From contig OZ024741.1 in assembly GCA_964016885.1 (NCBI GenBank), positions 323,454,001 to 323,518,000 of the forward strand: DNA of 64,000 nucleotides. Reading direction: 5' to 3'. Positions 44,545 through 57,882 of this stretch are shown piece by piece; the stretch's first letter is position 1, and each line of letters opens with the position of its first letter. Below the pieces are notes generated by a model. That model did no database searches and was not told the DNA's origin. It saw only the letters and a list, made by a program, of their open reading frames with translations. Origin of the DNA: Eledone cirrhosa (lineage: Eukaryota). The position numbers and the translations under genes were made by a program.

Positions 44545-44777
44545 GTTGAGGAAGAGAGCAAAAGGAAGAAAGGAGCACTTGTACAACACGCTCCTGGAGT
44601 TGAGGGTTGTTCTATCGACGGGGTATTAAACAACCCATTTGTGGAGCCTCCCCCCTATTGGGGATTTCGATTGTTGAAATTATTGTTTTTATATTTTTTA
44701 CACGACTGTATGTAAAATCCCCGGCATGTCTTCGTATTGTCCCCTTTTCTTGTTGCGCCCTTGTGGCTAATAAAGAA

Positions 44778-44891
<114 letters not shown>

Positions 44892-44894
44892 CTA

Positions 44895-44981
<87 letters not shown>

Positions 44982-45134
44982 TTTGTATATCGAATAGTGT
45001 ATGACATGTTTGTCAATAAACATTTGAAAGCCTTTAGCTATGAATTTTAAAGGGAGTTGTTGACAGTTGTTTCTGGTTGTTTGGCCGTTGTCAAGACTAC
45101 GCACTCCTTTCTTCACTTCCTACAGCCCTGCGTA

Positions 45135-45480
45135 CCTTTTTGATTTCAATGTGTCTAACACACGTGGGCATGCCAAGAAAGTCAGACAACAGCACAGCTC
45201 CTATTACTTTCGGAAACATTTTTTCACGTTCTGAGTTGCTGAAGCATGGAACAAACTACCTGCATCAGTTATTCGCTATCGAGACACTGCATCCCTTAAA
45301 ACCTTCATGCTTCCTGAGATTCGCGAACACTACACCTAATATTCCCCCCTTCATACACACGCATACATGTATATCATGACTCGTACACTATTCACTTCGC
45401 TGATATTTGTATATTATTCTATGTACTATACATGCACCTTTGATGAGCACTGTACACAATAATTTCATTATTATTATTAT
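45135..45480 (+). mobile_element. CR1-like LINE 3' remnant
   Basis: TRGH..K.....FRKHFF..V.EAWNKLP.SV C-terminal motif; (ATT)n tail. Confidence 0.8.
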
Positions 45481-46865
45481 ACTGGAACTCAAATAAGCCG
45501 TAAACATATAGTTTTAAAGCTTATGTATATGGGCTGATTAGCTTCATTTGCATACAGAGCATTAGGCTGGCTCAGCTTAAACAAGAAATAGAATTAGTGT
45601 TCGTTCCAACATAGCTGTATACATACTTGTAGGTAGAGTTTGTATATCGTATAATATACGATATGTTTATGAATAAACATTTGAAAGCTTTTAGCTATGA
45701 ATTTAAGATGATAACACAGCCTATAGTGTCTTAGACAGATCTGCTTCTGAAAATCAAAAATAATAAAAAACAGAAAATCACCGATCTTAGTAATTAGTAT
45801 CAATTGCCAATTATCAATTTTGGTAATAAGCATCTTAATACCAAGATTTCTTTCATTAGTAAGATTAGGTCTTCTATATATATCTCACACCGCGCAAAAT
45901 TACTTGTCATCTGCCCAGATCTGTCTAAAGCACTATAGGCTATGTTACTATCTTGAAGTAAGTATATTTACTTAAGTATTAATTGTTGTACAATTGATGT
46001 TCTGAACTAATGAAGCTTTTTTAAGAAGAAACCTAATCGATATATATTTTATATGCATCGATTGAACCGAAATTTAGTATATATCTACTTCTAATGTTTT
46101 AAAAATAGTTGAGTTGCTTTAATGGGACCTGCTTGGTACTATTTAAACATTCTTTATGGTCATGGAGCCTTTTTATTGAGAAACATAATCGATGAATATT
46201 ATATATGTATCGATTAAACCTACATTTAGTGAACACACACACACACACACATACTCATATATATATGTGCGTGTGTGTGTATATAAAGGATTCCTATTGT
46301 GATAAACAGTGGCCATTCCTACTATATTGTGTTGTGTGCTTAACAAACATACAGACACACATATTTGAAGTGTATGCATGTACTTATCTGTATGTGCACG
46401 TGTATATGTATGTATATATGTATGTACGTACATATCTATATATATATGTGTGTATTCAAGATGTAACTCTAACAATCAAGAACCAATGGATTAAACGTAA
46501 ACGTTTATGTAGTTATTGCTTAGCTGTCATTCTTGGAATTTAGATGGAATTCATCGCATTATTAAGAATTGCCATTGATTTTTCTCGGTGGTGGTGGTGT
46601 TGGTGGTGGTGTTGGTGGTGGTGTGTATTCTTACTGAAACCAATTATTCACTTTCCGTTATTCAAAGTAAAGGAATATCGACTCATGTTACGAGATGTTA
46701 TATAGATTTTCAATTCCAAACCCACAAATTATAAGCAGTAATATCCCAGTTATAATTATTATTTCCTTTGCTACGCGAAGACAAATATATTGACTATTGC
46801 GCCTGTATGCATATGAGCGCGTTTGTTAATACACATGCATGCACCCGCCATATATATATATGTAC

Positions 46866-46985
<120 letters not shown>

Positions 46986-47329
46986 AGTGTGTGTGTGTAG
47001 GTATGTAGTTTTATACTTGATATATATATATATAAGAGAGAGAGAGAGAGAGAAGGAGAGAGAGTGAGAAATGGATAGAGAGAGGGATATTTTTCTGGGT
47101 CTTTGCGTTCAGAGTTCAAATTCCCCTTTCTCACAGCTGTCAAATTCTGGATGTTCTGCAGGGTCAAATGAGAGAGGATTAGGAAGGTGTCTGAATCTGT
47201 TTGTGACTGTATATGCACTTAAAATACCATGGAAACGCATGGTGCATACTAACAAAAAATACTGGATTGCGAGTAACAGCTGCTGTTTTAGTTATTTGAC
47301 ATAATTATATTTAGTATTCTATATAGGGT

Positions 47330-47520
47330 AAGAGTAAAGACCCACTTCTGTCAGGAATGACCATGGGATTTGTACCTAGAAAGTTTCCCTCCAAGGCACA
47401 AGTCTACTTGGAAGACCAGCAGTCGCCCATATCAGCTTCTCCTCTCCACGCCACCTATGTTGTCCAAGGGAAAGGCAATGGTCGATACAGCTTGGCACCA
47501 GTGACTGGTGCAGCAGTATT
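47330..47520 (-). mobile_element. SINE 3' part (same family as 51475-51770)
   Basis: Reverse complement shares TCACTGGTGCCAAG.TGTATCG.CCATTGCCTTTC..TTGGACAACA..GGTGGCGTGGAG with 51630-51690. Confidence 0.7.
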
Positions 47521-47629
47521 ACAACAGCACCCTACTACAACGCAGAGTTAGCTAATAGTGGCTCTCAGAATCAATTGCTTACTCCCATGCTAACGCCAAC
47601 ATCAATAGAAAAAGAAGTCGTGCAAACAG

Positions 47630-48530
47630 TAAAATAATTCCCCCCCCCCCCCTTTTTTTTTTCCACTCAACGTTAAAACTAATGTAGGTAAAATATCTTA
47701 ACCTCTCCCAGATGGGCCCTTCCGCATAGGTCATAAATACCGCTCCATTTTTAACAGACACAGGGTGAAACACGGCTACTTCTGTGCTAAGAATATGAAG
47801 GCCCACATCACCATCAACTCTAAGAGCACAACCCGACTAGGATGCTCTTGCCGAAGACCTGAAGCTTGTACCGTCCAACAACACTGCAACACACCCGCCG
47901 TAATTTACGAAGCTGTAGTCACTTCTAACTGACCAAATCAACAACAAGAGGTCAACACCTATGTAGGTATGGCGGAGGGCCGGTTTAAAGAACGCTTCCC
48001 GAATCATCTGTCGACAATCAGACACCCGGACAAACGATCATCCACGAAGCTCGCAAGCCACATATGGTCCCTCAAGGACGCAGGTGCGCATTACTCCTTC
48101 CTATGGAAAGTTAAAACCAAGTCTAAGCCATACGGAAACGGGAATCCGTTTTGTGGGCTGTGCATTGAAGAAAGAGACAGTATTCTGAGGAGTGGGTAAT
48201 AGCGCTGGTGTAAATTCAAGATGAGTTCTAACTGTGACTGACTGTATCCCTACGGATTTGTTTGATGTCCAGCGTCTTTTGCAGCGATAGAAGTCTGAAA
48301 ACTTTTATGACCTCAACTAAAGCTAATAGCAGTCACCTTGTCTCTGACTGACTGGTGTGTCTCCATATGAGGGAATGAATTATGTGAGAGAACATCGTTT
48401 TTTTCTCCCTCATGTCAAGAATTTGAAGACAATTCATTTTCACCTGTGAGATCAGTGATAATCGATCATGGCTTCACAATCGATCTATCTCTTATTGAAA
48501 CATGTGTCGTGATTAAATGATTGGAATTTT
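47630..48530 (+). mobile_element. Penelope-like fragment (GIY-YIG plus 3' region with a decayed hammerhead)
   Basis: NVKTNVGK; AVIYEA..TYVGMAEGRFKERFPNH..TKLASHIW..W..CGLCIEE. Confidence 0.85.
48434..48520 (+). ncRNA. Decayed hammerhead ribozyme
   Basis: Stem I TCATTTTCAC/GTGATTAAATGA; core CTGTGA (one base short); GAAAC-ATGT-GTC. Confidence 0.55.
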
Positions 48531-48738
48531 ACCTTGCCTTCGGATTTTCATTTTGATATATATATATATAGGTAGTAATATGTGCTTACGCCGTATTTGA
48601 CTAAATAAAATTAGTCTGTTAGTTGGGATTAAAAAAACACCCTCTGATTGTAAAAAAAGGATGAGTATTGACGTACATGGGACACGAACCCACAATTTGG
48701 TTTGCCAGACCAATGTGTTATCATTACATTATATATAT

Positions 48739-48775
<37 letters not shown>

Positions 48776-48938
48776 AGTATGTATGTATACGTACATACAT
48801 ATATGTATACAGACGTACAGTAGTATGTATATATACATACATAAACACATATATATATATATGCACGTATCGGTTTACCGAACATTTATTATAATGCTCG
48901 GTTTGTTTGTAAACAAACAAACAGCCCGAATTACGCCG

Positions 48939-49255
48939 TACAGTGTTTAGGCAACCACGTCACCTTTTTGTTCAACACTGACACAGGAACGATGTACTAG
49001 TTTCAAGCTTATTAGCTATCGTCAGCTTATTAGCTATCGTATACCTTCCTGGTGCGCCCGGCCGACTAAACTCACTCGATATGCAAATTAGGCTGCTCAG
49101 CCGTTAATATGCATAAGGAAAGTATATACTTTCAGACGTTCAACCATCTGGCAGGAAGGTATACGATGCTGACGATAGCTAATAAGATTGAAACTAGTAC
49201 ATCGTTCCTGTGTCAGTGTTGAACAAAAAGGTGACGTGGTTGCCTAAACACTGTA
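48939..49255. mobile_element. Fold-back non-coding element with a hammerhead in each arm and octamer motifs in the spacer
   Basis: 48939-49053 is inverted relative to 49152-49255; ATGCAAAT at 49081. Confidence 0.82.
49163..49205 (+). ncRNA. Minimal type I hammerhead ribozyme (mirror copy on the minus strand at about 48990-49028)
   Basis: ACGATG-CTGACGA-T-AGCT-AATA-AG(A/C)T-T-GAAAC-TA-GTA-CATCGT; palindromic ACTAGT. Confidence 0.85.
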
Positions 49256-49755
49256 TATATACGTATATGTGGCTATATGCATATATTTTTAATTTGAATT
49301 GAATTGTTTTGGCGGTAGTCTCCTTCCTCCTATTTTCGGGACAGTGTGAGATTTTCTTTAGAACTGGTGGACTAACAGCCTAGCAGCTCCCTCAAACACT
49401 GATGGTGATTATCGCTAAATATGGATGTTGATTTGGTTATCAATATTAATATTATTGGGCACGCACTGAAGAATTATAAGAGCCCACTTGTATAAGTATC
49501 TGTTGATCTTATACAAACTTCTGCATAATTTGGTATAATTTCACCCAACTTGTAGAAATCTTATAATGAAACGAGTCGTCTGGGAAGTGATATATTTGAT
49601 ATATCTCATATGAAATGATACAGCCAATTCTCCACACAATACAATATAGTTAGCACCCCGAACATTTAATTAGGAATATACTCAGATATTTCCTAATGTT
49701 TGTTGAGTGAGTTGGAATTTGGCCGAAGTATCGCTATTAGCCTTCTCCGTTTATG

Positions 49756-49805
<50 letters not shown>

Positions 49806-50959
49806 TACATTTTTAATATATATATATATATACTCATGCTGAGCGCAGTGAGTGAATGCATTGCAACTGCCGTGCGGGTTGTACGTATATGGATGATCTG
49901 ACGGTCAGAGAGGGGTCGCGAGGACTGCGGATTTGGCCTGCCTGGGGATGATTATCTTTCGACATCCAATGTAGCAAGCGATGACCCAGATCTTACCAGA
50001 GATCATTGGGTCCTAAAGCAATCCTGCAATCATCGCGCCTGGTCATATGAGCAGACTACAACCACAGAGATCATTAATTTAGAATCCTAGCTCATCATCT
50101 ATAATTTCCATTTGTAGCACCTTAAGATGGGTTAATCCACCATAATAATATGATCACCTTCAGCATAACTTAGTTAAACTACTCTATAGTTAATACACTT
50201 TATGCTTTAAAAGTCTCTCTTGGAAGATGCGCATCACCATAGAATTTAGGGTCTATATTGGGACACATTTTAATGGCTAGATATAGAAACCCCAGAGTTA
50301 CCTCCCCGCATGCATTAACTCCCCTTAGCCACACACACACTTCCGGGCGGTATTCAATGGCGTTTCTCGAAACGTAACAACCTCCTGTATTGAACTAAAG
50401 AACACCAGACTACGATCTCTAACTGGATTGTCGTGGATTATGTGAAGGGCATATAATCGAAATATACACTCCCCTGACCATGAAAATGCCGAAGTACATG
50501 AAATACTTGACATCCCTGCGCTGTGCATCTCCAATACTTATAACACTTTTAATGCTTGCACTATCTTTAATGCTTATAATATTTCTCCACACACAGACTA
50601 TATCAATCATATAAAGAATTTGCCACCAGATCTACCAACCTAACACTCTTATTTACCTACCTAAGTGCCTCTACCACACATATCTCTCTGCCACACTATA
50701 TAAACAAGACGCACATGCGTGCCACACATATAACATTTGCACTATATAACCACTTATCTTCATGTTGTACTTTAACCTATATCTTTGATTTTTGATTGTA
50801 CCTATTAATATAAATGTAATCTCGAAGTGTGTACTGCCACTCTAAATTCTGTAATGAATGTTGACCCACAATGTTTGAATATGTATCAATGTTTGAATAT
50901 GTATCGGTATGTCTCTCGGCTGAAAAGGAGGTCATATAACTGTCCATGCATTAATAAAT

Positions 50960-51006
50960 TGCTCCGAAGAATCCAAACCTCGGTTTGGAGGAAACAGCTG
51001 TAAGCA
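50960..51006 (+). ncRNA. Type I hammerhead ribozyme, U4C variant
   Basis: TGCT-CCGAAGA-A-TCCAAAC-CTCG-GTTTGGA-G-GAAAC-AGCT-GTA-AGCA; palindromic ACAGCTGT. Confidence 0.82.
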
Positions 51007-51088
51007 CAATAATGTTTTGAACAGTTCTTTGATTCTTATATTTCATATTTCATATATTTCATATATATATGCATACATTTTTAATTTG

Positions 51089-51152
<64 letters not shown>

Positions 51153-51474
51153 CAAATTAAAAATGTATGCATTTAGCCATATATTATTAGTGAATCACAT
51201 AGTATTTTTGTACGTATATATAAACACCGTATAATATTTAGGAAAAAGTATATACTTTATGGTGTAAAAGTTATCTTCCTTACGACCGCAGTTTCATAGC
51301 CTCTAGGATCGGAGTGAAAATCAATCTAAGCAATCAATCATCGATTAACAACTATCGATTTTGGTATAACTCTGGAAGACGTGGAACTAATCGTCAGAGG
51401 AAATCGTCTTATTATAAGTTCCCAAATATCTTTATATCTGCCATGTCCCGAGAAGTAGTCAATCATTACCTCGT

Positions 51475-51770
51475 GGTGTGAAAGCGCATAAATTAGAGGT
51501 TGGAGCGTTGGGCTTGCAATCATGAGATTGTGAGTTCGATTCTCGGGCCACGTGATGCCTTGTGTCATTGAACAAGACATTTTATTTCACGTTGCCTCAG
51601 TTTACTCAGCTGTCGAAATGAGTTGCAACGTCACTGGTGCCAAGTTGTATCGGCCATTGCCTTTCTTTTGGACAACATTGGTGGCGTGGAGACAAAGTGA
51701 CTGGTTTTCTATAAACAACTTTCTTGGTGCAACATCCGCGGTCATTCGTGATCGAAGGGGGTCTTTACCC
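51475..51770 (+). mobile_element. tRNA-derived SINE, CORE-like body
   Basis: B-box GAGTTCGATTCT; TTGAACAAGACATTTT..CAGTTTACTCAGCTG; the tail is shared with 47330-47520. Confidence 0.65.
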
Positions 51771-52004
51771 TTTATATATATATATAAGAATGTATGTTTA
51801 AAATAAAATAGCATTTGAAACATTCGAACATTAATCGATTGACCACTCAATATAGGTGGGTCGAGTGTAAATTATAGAAAAGTGGTAGTGACTGCGAAGT
51901 TTCAGTTCGATAGTTTCAGCTGGTTGAAATGTAGTCGCTCCAATGCAGTTGACTATGTTATTAGTCGATTACTATAGACATAATGTATATATTATTTCAA
52001 GTTT

Positions 52005-52320
52005 CTCAGAGGCTGTGGTCACAAGAGTGATTAAAGAGTTCAAGTGTAGCAAGACCATGAACAAGATTGACAACCGGGCTGGAAGTGGTATCAAAACTAA
52101 CGTGTGTAGGATCAGTCGGTTGGAATTTTCAGATGACACGGTGTTACTTAACTGATCAGAAAGTGATTTCCGACATGTACTTGATAAGTATGCGCCGAGT
52201 GCTGCACGGTAAAAATGAAAATCAGTACTGCGAAGGCTGAGACACTCTTCCACTCAAGGAGGCCTGCGGAGTGCATGCAACATGTGAGTTGAGTTCTACT
52301 GAAACAGGTGGGTTTCATCA
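52005..52320 (+). mobile_element. Old RTE-like RT remnant
   Basis: ISRLEFSDDTVLL..MKISTAKAE..LKQV resemble RT domains 5-7. Confidence 0.5.
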
Positions 52321-52829
52321 TGTTAAAATGCCCAAGACACGTCATGTGTCACAGTAGCGCCACTACGATTCTATCAGGAGCTCAGAGTTCACACTCAAAG
52401 GAATTTCAGCTACGGCAGAGCCTCAAGTTCTTACAAGGAATATAAAATTCAATCCGTGCTTTTTCCCCCTTCCAGTGAAATATCACTGCTACATTTAGCA
52501 ATCCAAGTAACCATATAGAGAGACGTCATCTCTGGTGTTTTAACTTTCCTTTGTGAAGGCTATTGAGCAGGCTTAATCTCCAGGAGCAAATTCTTTGTCT
52601 GGTTTACGTGAGTTTATCATTTGGAATGTTGCTATGGGAAACCGCAGCTCGTTATGTCGGAGCTTAACTCTGGATTTTGTAGCCTTTAAGCGGATGAGAT
52701 TAATCTCTTTCTTGTTAACTTTTATTTTTTTATCACAAATAATGTGTCAAAGATCTATCTTAATTTTTCCTTTCCTCGCTTATGCAACTGGATAAAATGT
52801 ATGAACATCGCAAATTTCTATTTCTTATA

Positions 52830-53166
52830 TGTTATAATTGTTTCTACTTTTGGTACAAGGCCAGCAATTTCACCAGTGCATTACTGGTGCTTTATTTTAT
52901 CGACCCTGCAAGGATGAAAAGCAAAGTTAACCTCGTCGGGATTTGAACTCGGACCGTAAAGGGCCGTAACTCTATGCTTCAAAGTTACGGCCCATTACGG
53001 TCTCAGTTCAATTCCAGCCGAGGCTCACTTTGCCTTTCATCCTTACGGGGTCGATAAAATAAATCACTAGTAATGCACTGAGGTGCCACAATTTCAGTAA
53101 GCAAAATCAATGCATACGTAACATACAAACATTGACACACACACACACACGCACAGACACACACAA

Positions 53167-53250
<84 letters not shown>

Positions 53251-54585
53251 CAATGTAATCAACTATACTCCTCTCTACACTATACTATGCTTTTCATTTC
53301 TAGATTGCCTTGTGTACCATTTCTGGTAGGAACATGCCTTTGTTTCTTTTCAGGTATAGAGGCAGTATGGCCAAATATTCAAGAAATTTGTGTAGTCCTT
53401 GTGTGGCCTCTTGAGCATGTCTCGATTCAAAGTTTGTAGGGATTACGTTACAGGCTGTTTAGTTGATCAAACAACCGGAAGAGATCGTCGAAACCGGCAT
53501 TCCATTTCATCCCCACACTATTCCCTTCTAGGGCCTCTCCTTTAATTGCAATTAATTCTCGTAAAGGGAAAGAATAAAATATAGTTCTTAATTGTATTAT
53601 TATATGATTATAGAGGGCGGTGGATTGGCAGTATCAGTAGAGGGTCGGACGCTATGCTTTACAGCAGTTACGGCCCTTTACGGTCTGAGTTCAGATCCCG
53701 CCTTTTATCCTTACGGGGTCGATAAAATAAAGTACCAGTAACGCACTGGGATAATTGCGTTCCCAAAAACTAAAAACAATTATTATATGATTGTGTGGAT
53801 TGGCAGTATCGGTAGAAGGTCAGACAACATGCTTTGTAGCATAGAGTTACGGCTCTTTACGGTCTGAGTTCAAATCCCGACGAGGTTAATTTTGCCTTTC
53901 ATCCTTATGGGGGGTCGATAAAATAAAGTACCAGTAATGCACTGGGATAACTGCTGACCTTGTGCCAAAAGTATAAACATTTATTATATCATTTTTCCAC
54001 TTTAGGCACAAGGTCAGCAATTTGAAGGGGAGGGAAAAGTCGATTAAATCGACCCCAGTGCATTACTGGTGCTTTATTTTACCGACCCTGTAAGGATGAA
54101 AGGCAAAGTTAACCTCGGTGGGATTTGAACCATAAAGGGCCGTAATTCTCTGGCACGAAGCCTCAATGCCGTCAAAAAATGAGGGCTATTTGTGGTACTT
54201 TATATATAAAAAGGATACAAAACCAAATTTTTAGTTTAACAATTCTTTTATTACAATTTATTTTTTTTTTGTGAAAAAACTATCCGCATCTAACATAGAT
54301 AACCAAGATATTTTGGTGGGCATACGTATACATTTAAACACACAAACACACATGCACCCACACACCCACACAAGTATAAATATATTCATACAAACATTTA
54401 TATACTCACACACGTACACTCACATAAACACTCACACAATAATTGTTTCTACATTTGGCACAAGGCCAGCAATTTACCCCAGTGCATTACTGGTACTTTA
54501 TTTTATCGACCCCCGTAAGGATGAAAGGCAAAGTTAACCTCAGCGGGATTTGAACTCAGCACGTAAAGGGCTCTAACTCTATGCG
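52830..54585. mobile_element. Cluster of six Nin/Deu-like SINE copies in mixed orientation
   Basis: Minus about 52830-52978; plus about 52983-53085; plus about 53616-53785; plus about 53795-53985; minus about 53995-54150; minus about 54440-54585. Confidence 0.88.
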
Positions 54586-55119
54586 TCTAATAGCAAATTC
54601 GCTACACAAATACTCACACAAGTGTAAGATCTTAGAACGCTGGTCGCTGTTTTCTATAGATTGTCACCATCCCCTTTCTTCTTCAGTCATCTCCCTTTCA
54701 GGCATTCTCTCTCACCTTGGTGCTACTGTCCTGTGTCTCCCCTCTCTATCGGTATGTTTTTTTCTCTTTTTTTCTCCTTTTTTTTCGCTTCTTTCTTTCT
54801 TTTCGCTAACGTCTCTTTTTCGTCTTTTCTTTCCCTAATAACTTTCTAAGTATCATCGCACTGCCGCAGCAAACAACTGATGAGGGAAAATGTCTTTCTC
54901 TATGTTTGTGTTTCCTTTACTTTCTAAACGCTCGTTCTTAGAAACCACACAGCCTTCTCCGGAATAAATCATGTAAATACAGTTTAATAGAAAAAGAAAA
55001 AAAGAAAATTTAGATTGAGAAGAAAGAATGGAATGTAAAATTGGAAAATATAGGAAAAAAACGAAAAAAAAAAAACGAAAAAGGGATGGAATGGCTAGGA
55101 CTCTAGTGTCACAGAAGAA

Positions 55120-55335
55120 TGGGAAGAGTGAGGGTGAGGGTGATTGGGCTCTAAGTCTAGGGCGCTGCGGTAAATTGACTGCGGACAATGGCCAGAGACG
55201 CCCACTGCGACAGTCACCCCATCCTCGCGGGGCTCCTTCTTCAGATGGGCCGCCGACGTTCCGATCTTGCGGAGGTGCTTGACTGTACGGGGTCCTAGTA
55301 TGCCTGAGGTCTCGACGGTGACCGGTGCCACACAT
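55120..55335 (-). mobile_element. CRE-clade LINE C-terminal RLE remnant
   Basis: APVTVETSGILGP....LRKIG.....EPRE followed after a frameshift by SLAIVR; A-rich downstream region. Confidence 0.6.
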
Positions 55336-55354
55336 TCGCTATTATTATAGTTGA

Positions 55355-55530
55355 TGACGGTAGATTGGTAGAGTCATTAGCGCGTCGGATAAATACTTAG
55401 CAGTACTTCATTGCGTTCTAAGTTCAAATCCTTTCGAGGTCAATAAAATAAGTAACTGCAATGTTTTAACGTCGATTTAATCGACTTTCCCCTACCTAAA
55501 ATTGTTTGTTTCTAAGTTAGAAGTCGTTAT
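55355..55530 (+). mobile_element. Degenerate Nin/Deu-like SINE
   Basis: GACGGTAGATTGGTAGAGTC..AGTTCAAATCC..GGTCAATAAAATAAGTA..TAATCGACTTTCCCC. Confidence 0.6.
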
Positions 55531-56211
55531 TATAGAGTATTACGAAGACTCTACATGTGAAAAGAAATCAAATGATCCCCTTTAGCTATAACGAAGGATG
55601 AAAACGATGCAAGGCTGAGATTAGCAATGGAGTCAAGTAATTTGGAACAAGAGATACTGTCAGTTAAGATCCTGCTTTATTCCTTCAGGTTTTATGATTT
55701 AATCCGAAGAACTGTGATAAAACAACGCCAATTCTATGTTGAAATTACTTTAACAAATGTGCCTTTCAGTAATTATGCGTAGTATTAATTAAATGAAATT
55801 AAATCAAAGTTCTCTGCTGTGTGTAATTATTGACTGAATTTTATAAGATTAACTTCGGTTTAGAGCTTCAAACGACTTTATAATGTAAAGCAAGTGGACA
55901 TTATTAGTAAATGAGACCCCGATTGCTCATTTATTACACCTCCTTCTCTCTATCTCTCTTGCATTCTCTCTGTCTCTCTCATCTATATTTCTGTATCCCT
56001 CTCTTTGGTTTAGTATATTACTGTCTCTGTCTCTGTCTGTCTCTGTTTCCCTCTCTCTCCCTCATTTTTGTTCACATCATTTCCCAGGATCACAACCACA
56101 CAGACTGGAACGTAATGAATTAAAATTTTATTTTTTTACAATTATCTCTGTCCCTCCTTGTATATTTCTGCTTGTCTGTCTGTCTCTGTCTGCTTGTCTG
56201 CTTTTCTCTCA

Positions 56212-56256
<45 letters not shown>

Positions 56257-56257
56257 C

Positions 56258-57408
56258 ACTGGTGAGGAGATCCGTCTGCATTCGCACGGCATTCCCACCC
56301 TTCCAAGGGAAGGGTGGGAATGCCGTGGCTAATGATGCGCAAACATGCGCTGAGGCTACGGCCTCTCCAGGTATTCCTCACCGACCATCCATTTGTGAGA
56401 CAGGCCTTCCCACAACTTGTCTCGCTGACGGAGCTGCAGTCCTGGGTCAAGCGAAGACCGAAGGAGATGGGCGCCTGGCACATGAATGTGCCCAGGCGCT
56501 CACAGTCCTCTATCAAGCAGGCACAGCAATCAGAGGAGACTCCACTTCGACATTCTATAGAGCGTTAGTACAATACAAGTGCGACGACGTGCTCGGGGAG
56601 ACTCTAGGCGTCGAAGTTGACGAGCTCACCAGTCTGTTCGGTAGGATTTCCGCCCGGGACCTATGGACAACTTCCAGAGGTCCCTGACCTGGCAGTGCTA
56701 CCGAGGAGCTCTACCCGTTCGAGATAAGATCTACAGGCACGGACGCCCCGGCAGGGATCCTTCCAAGAGGACGTGTCCAAGATGCGAGCAGGACATTGAA
56801 ACCGTCTTGCACGCAATTGTACACTTCCCGGGAGTAAGCGACCTGTGGAACTATGCAGAACAACTGCTGTCGCGTATGGGACAAATCCAGTTGACTGCCG
56901 AGTTCATAGTAAGGATCAAACCGCCAGCCTCTTTCAAAAACGAAAGGGAGGCGGTTTTCCTCTGTACAGTGGCTATGGTGAAAGAGGTTATATGGTGGAC
57001 GAGATGGAGAGGACTGAGGACAGATGCCTTTCTTTCCGGACAACAATTGATTCCCTTCTTTAAGTATCACTTTAGAAGGAGAGTCAGAGTCGAGAGAGAG
57101 GCACTGTACCCCAGTAAATTTACTGAAAGGTGGGTGAATGAAGTGAAAATGGCCCGAGTTATTGGGCCTTCTCTGGTTAAAGAAGAGAGCAAAAGGAAGA
57201 AAGGAGCACTTGCACAACACGCTCCTGAAGTTGAGGGTTGTTCTATCGACGGGGTATTAAACAACCCATTTGCGGCGCCTCCCCCCTATTGGGGATTTCG
57301 ATTGTTATATTTGTTTGTTTCATATTTTTACACGATTGTATGTAAAATCCCCGACATATGTTCTTGTTTTGTCCCCTTTTCTTGTGTGCCCTTGTGGCAA
57401 ATAAAGAA

Positions 57409-57409
<1 letters not shown>
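56258..57409 (+). mobile_element. Tx1 5'-truncated copy (subfamily of 39022-44778)
   Basis: C-terminal ORF2 and 3' UTR; (TATC)n on both sides. Confidence 0.92.
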
Positions 57410-57464
<55 letters not shown>

Positions 57465-57466
<2 letters not shown>

Positions 57467-57821
57467 GGAAGAAGAATCAGGATGGAGAGAGAGGTGCTGT
57501 ACCCCAGCAAGTTTTATGAAAGGTGGGTGAAAGTGGCGAGAATGGCCCGAGTGAATGGGCCTTCTCTCTATATCAGCCTGTAGGTTGAGGAAAAGGAGGA
57601 GGAGAGGAAAGGAGTACAAGCTCTTCGTACTCCTGGAGATGAGGGTTGCACATTTTTTTCGGGGGTATGTGTTACCCATATAAACTGTCTCCCTCTATTG
57701 GGGAAAATCGACTAACTTTTAAATTCCATCTGTGATAACATTTTACACGTTTTTATTGTATGTAAACTTCCCCCTTTGTATTTGTCCCCTTCTTTTGTGC
57801 CCCTGTGGCTAATAAAGAAAT
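57465..57821 (+). mobile_element. Tx1 short 3' copy, distinct 3' UTR subfamily
   Basis: FGRRIRMEREVLYPSKFYERW..ISL stop; divergent UTR; (TATC)n on both sides. Confidence 0.9.
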
Positions 57822-57822
57822 A

Positions 57823-57882
<60 letters not shown>

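Noticed and set aside
48670-48725. tRNA-like sequence on the minus strand
   Set aside because: Only a B-box-like GGGTTCGTGTCCC and partial arms; no complete cloverleaf, so at most a SINE or tRNA remnant
53470-53505. CGGAAGA..GAAACCGGC hammerhead-like string
   Set aside because: No stem I or GUH site; it resembles the SINE-tail-like sequence also seen near 60905-60950
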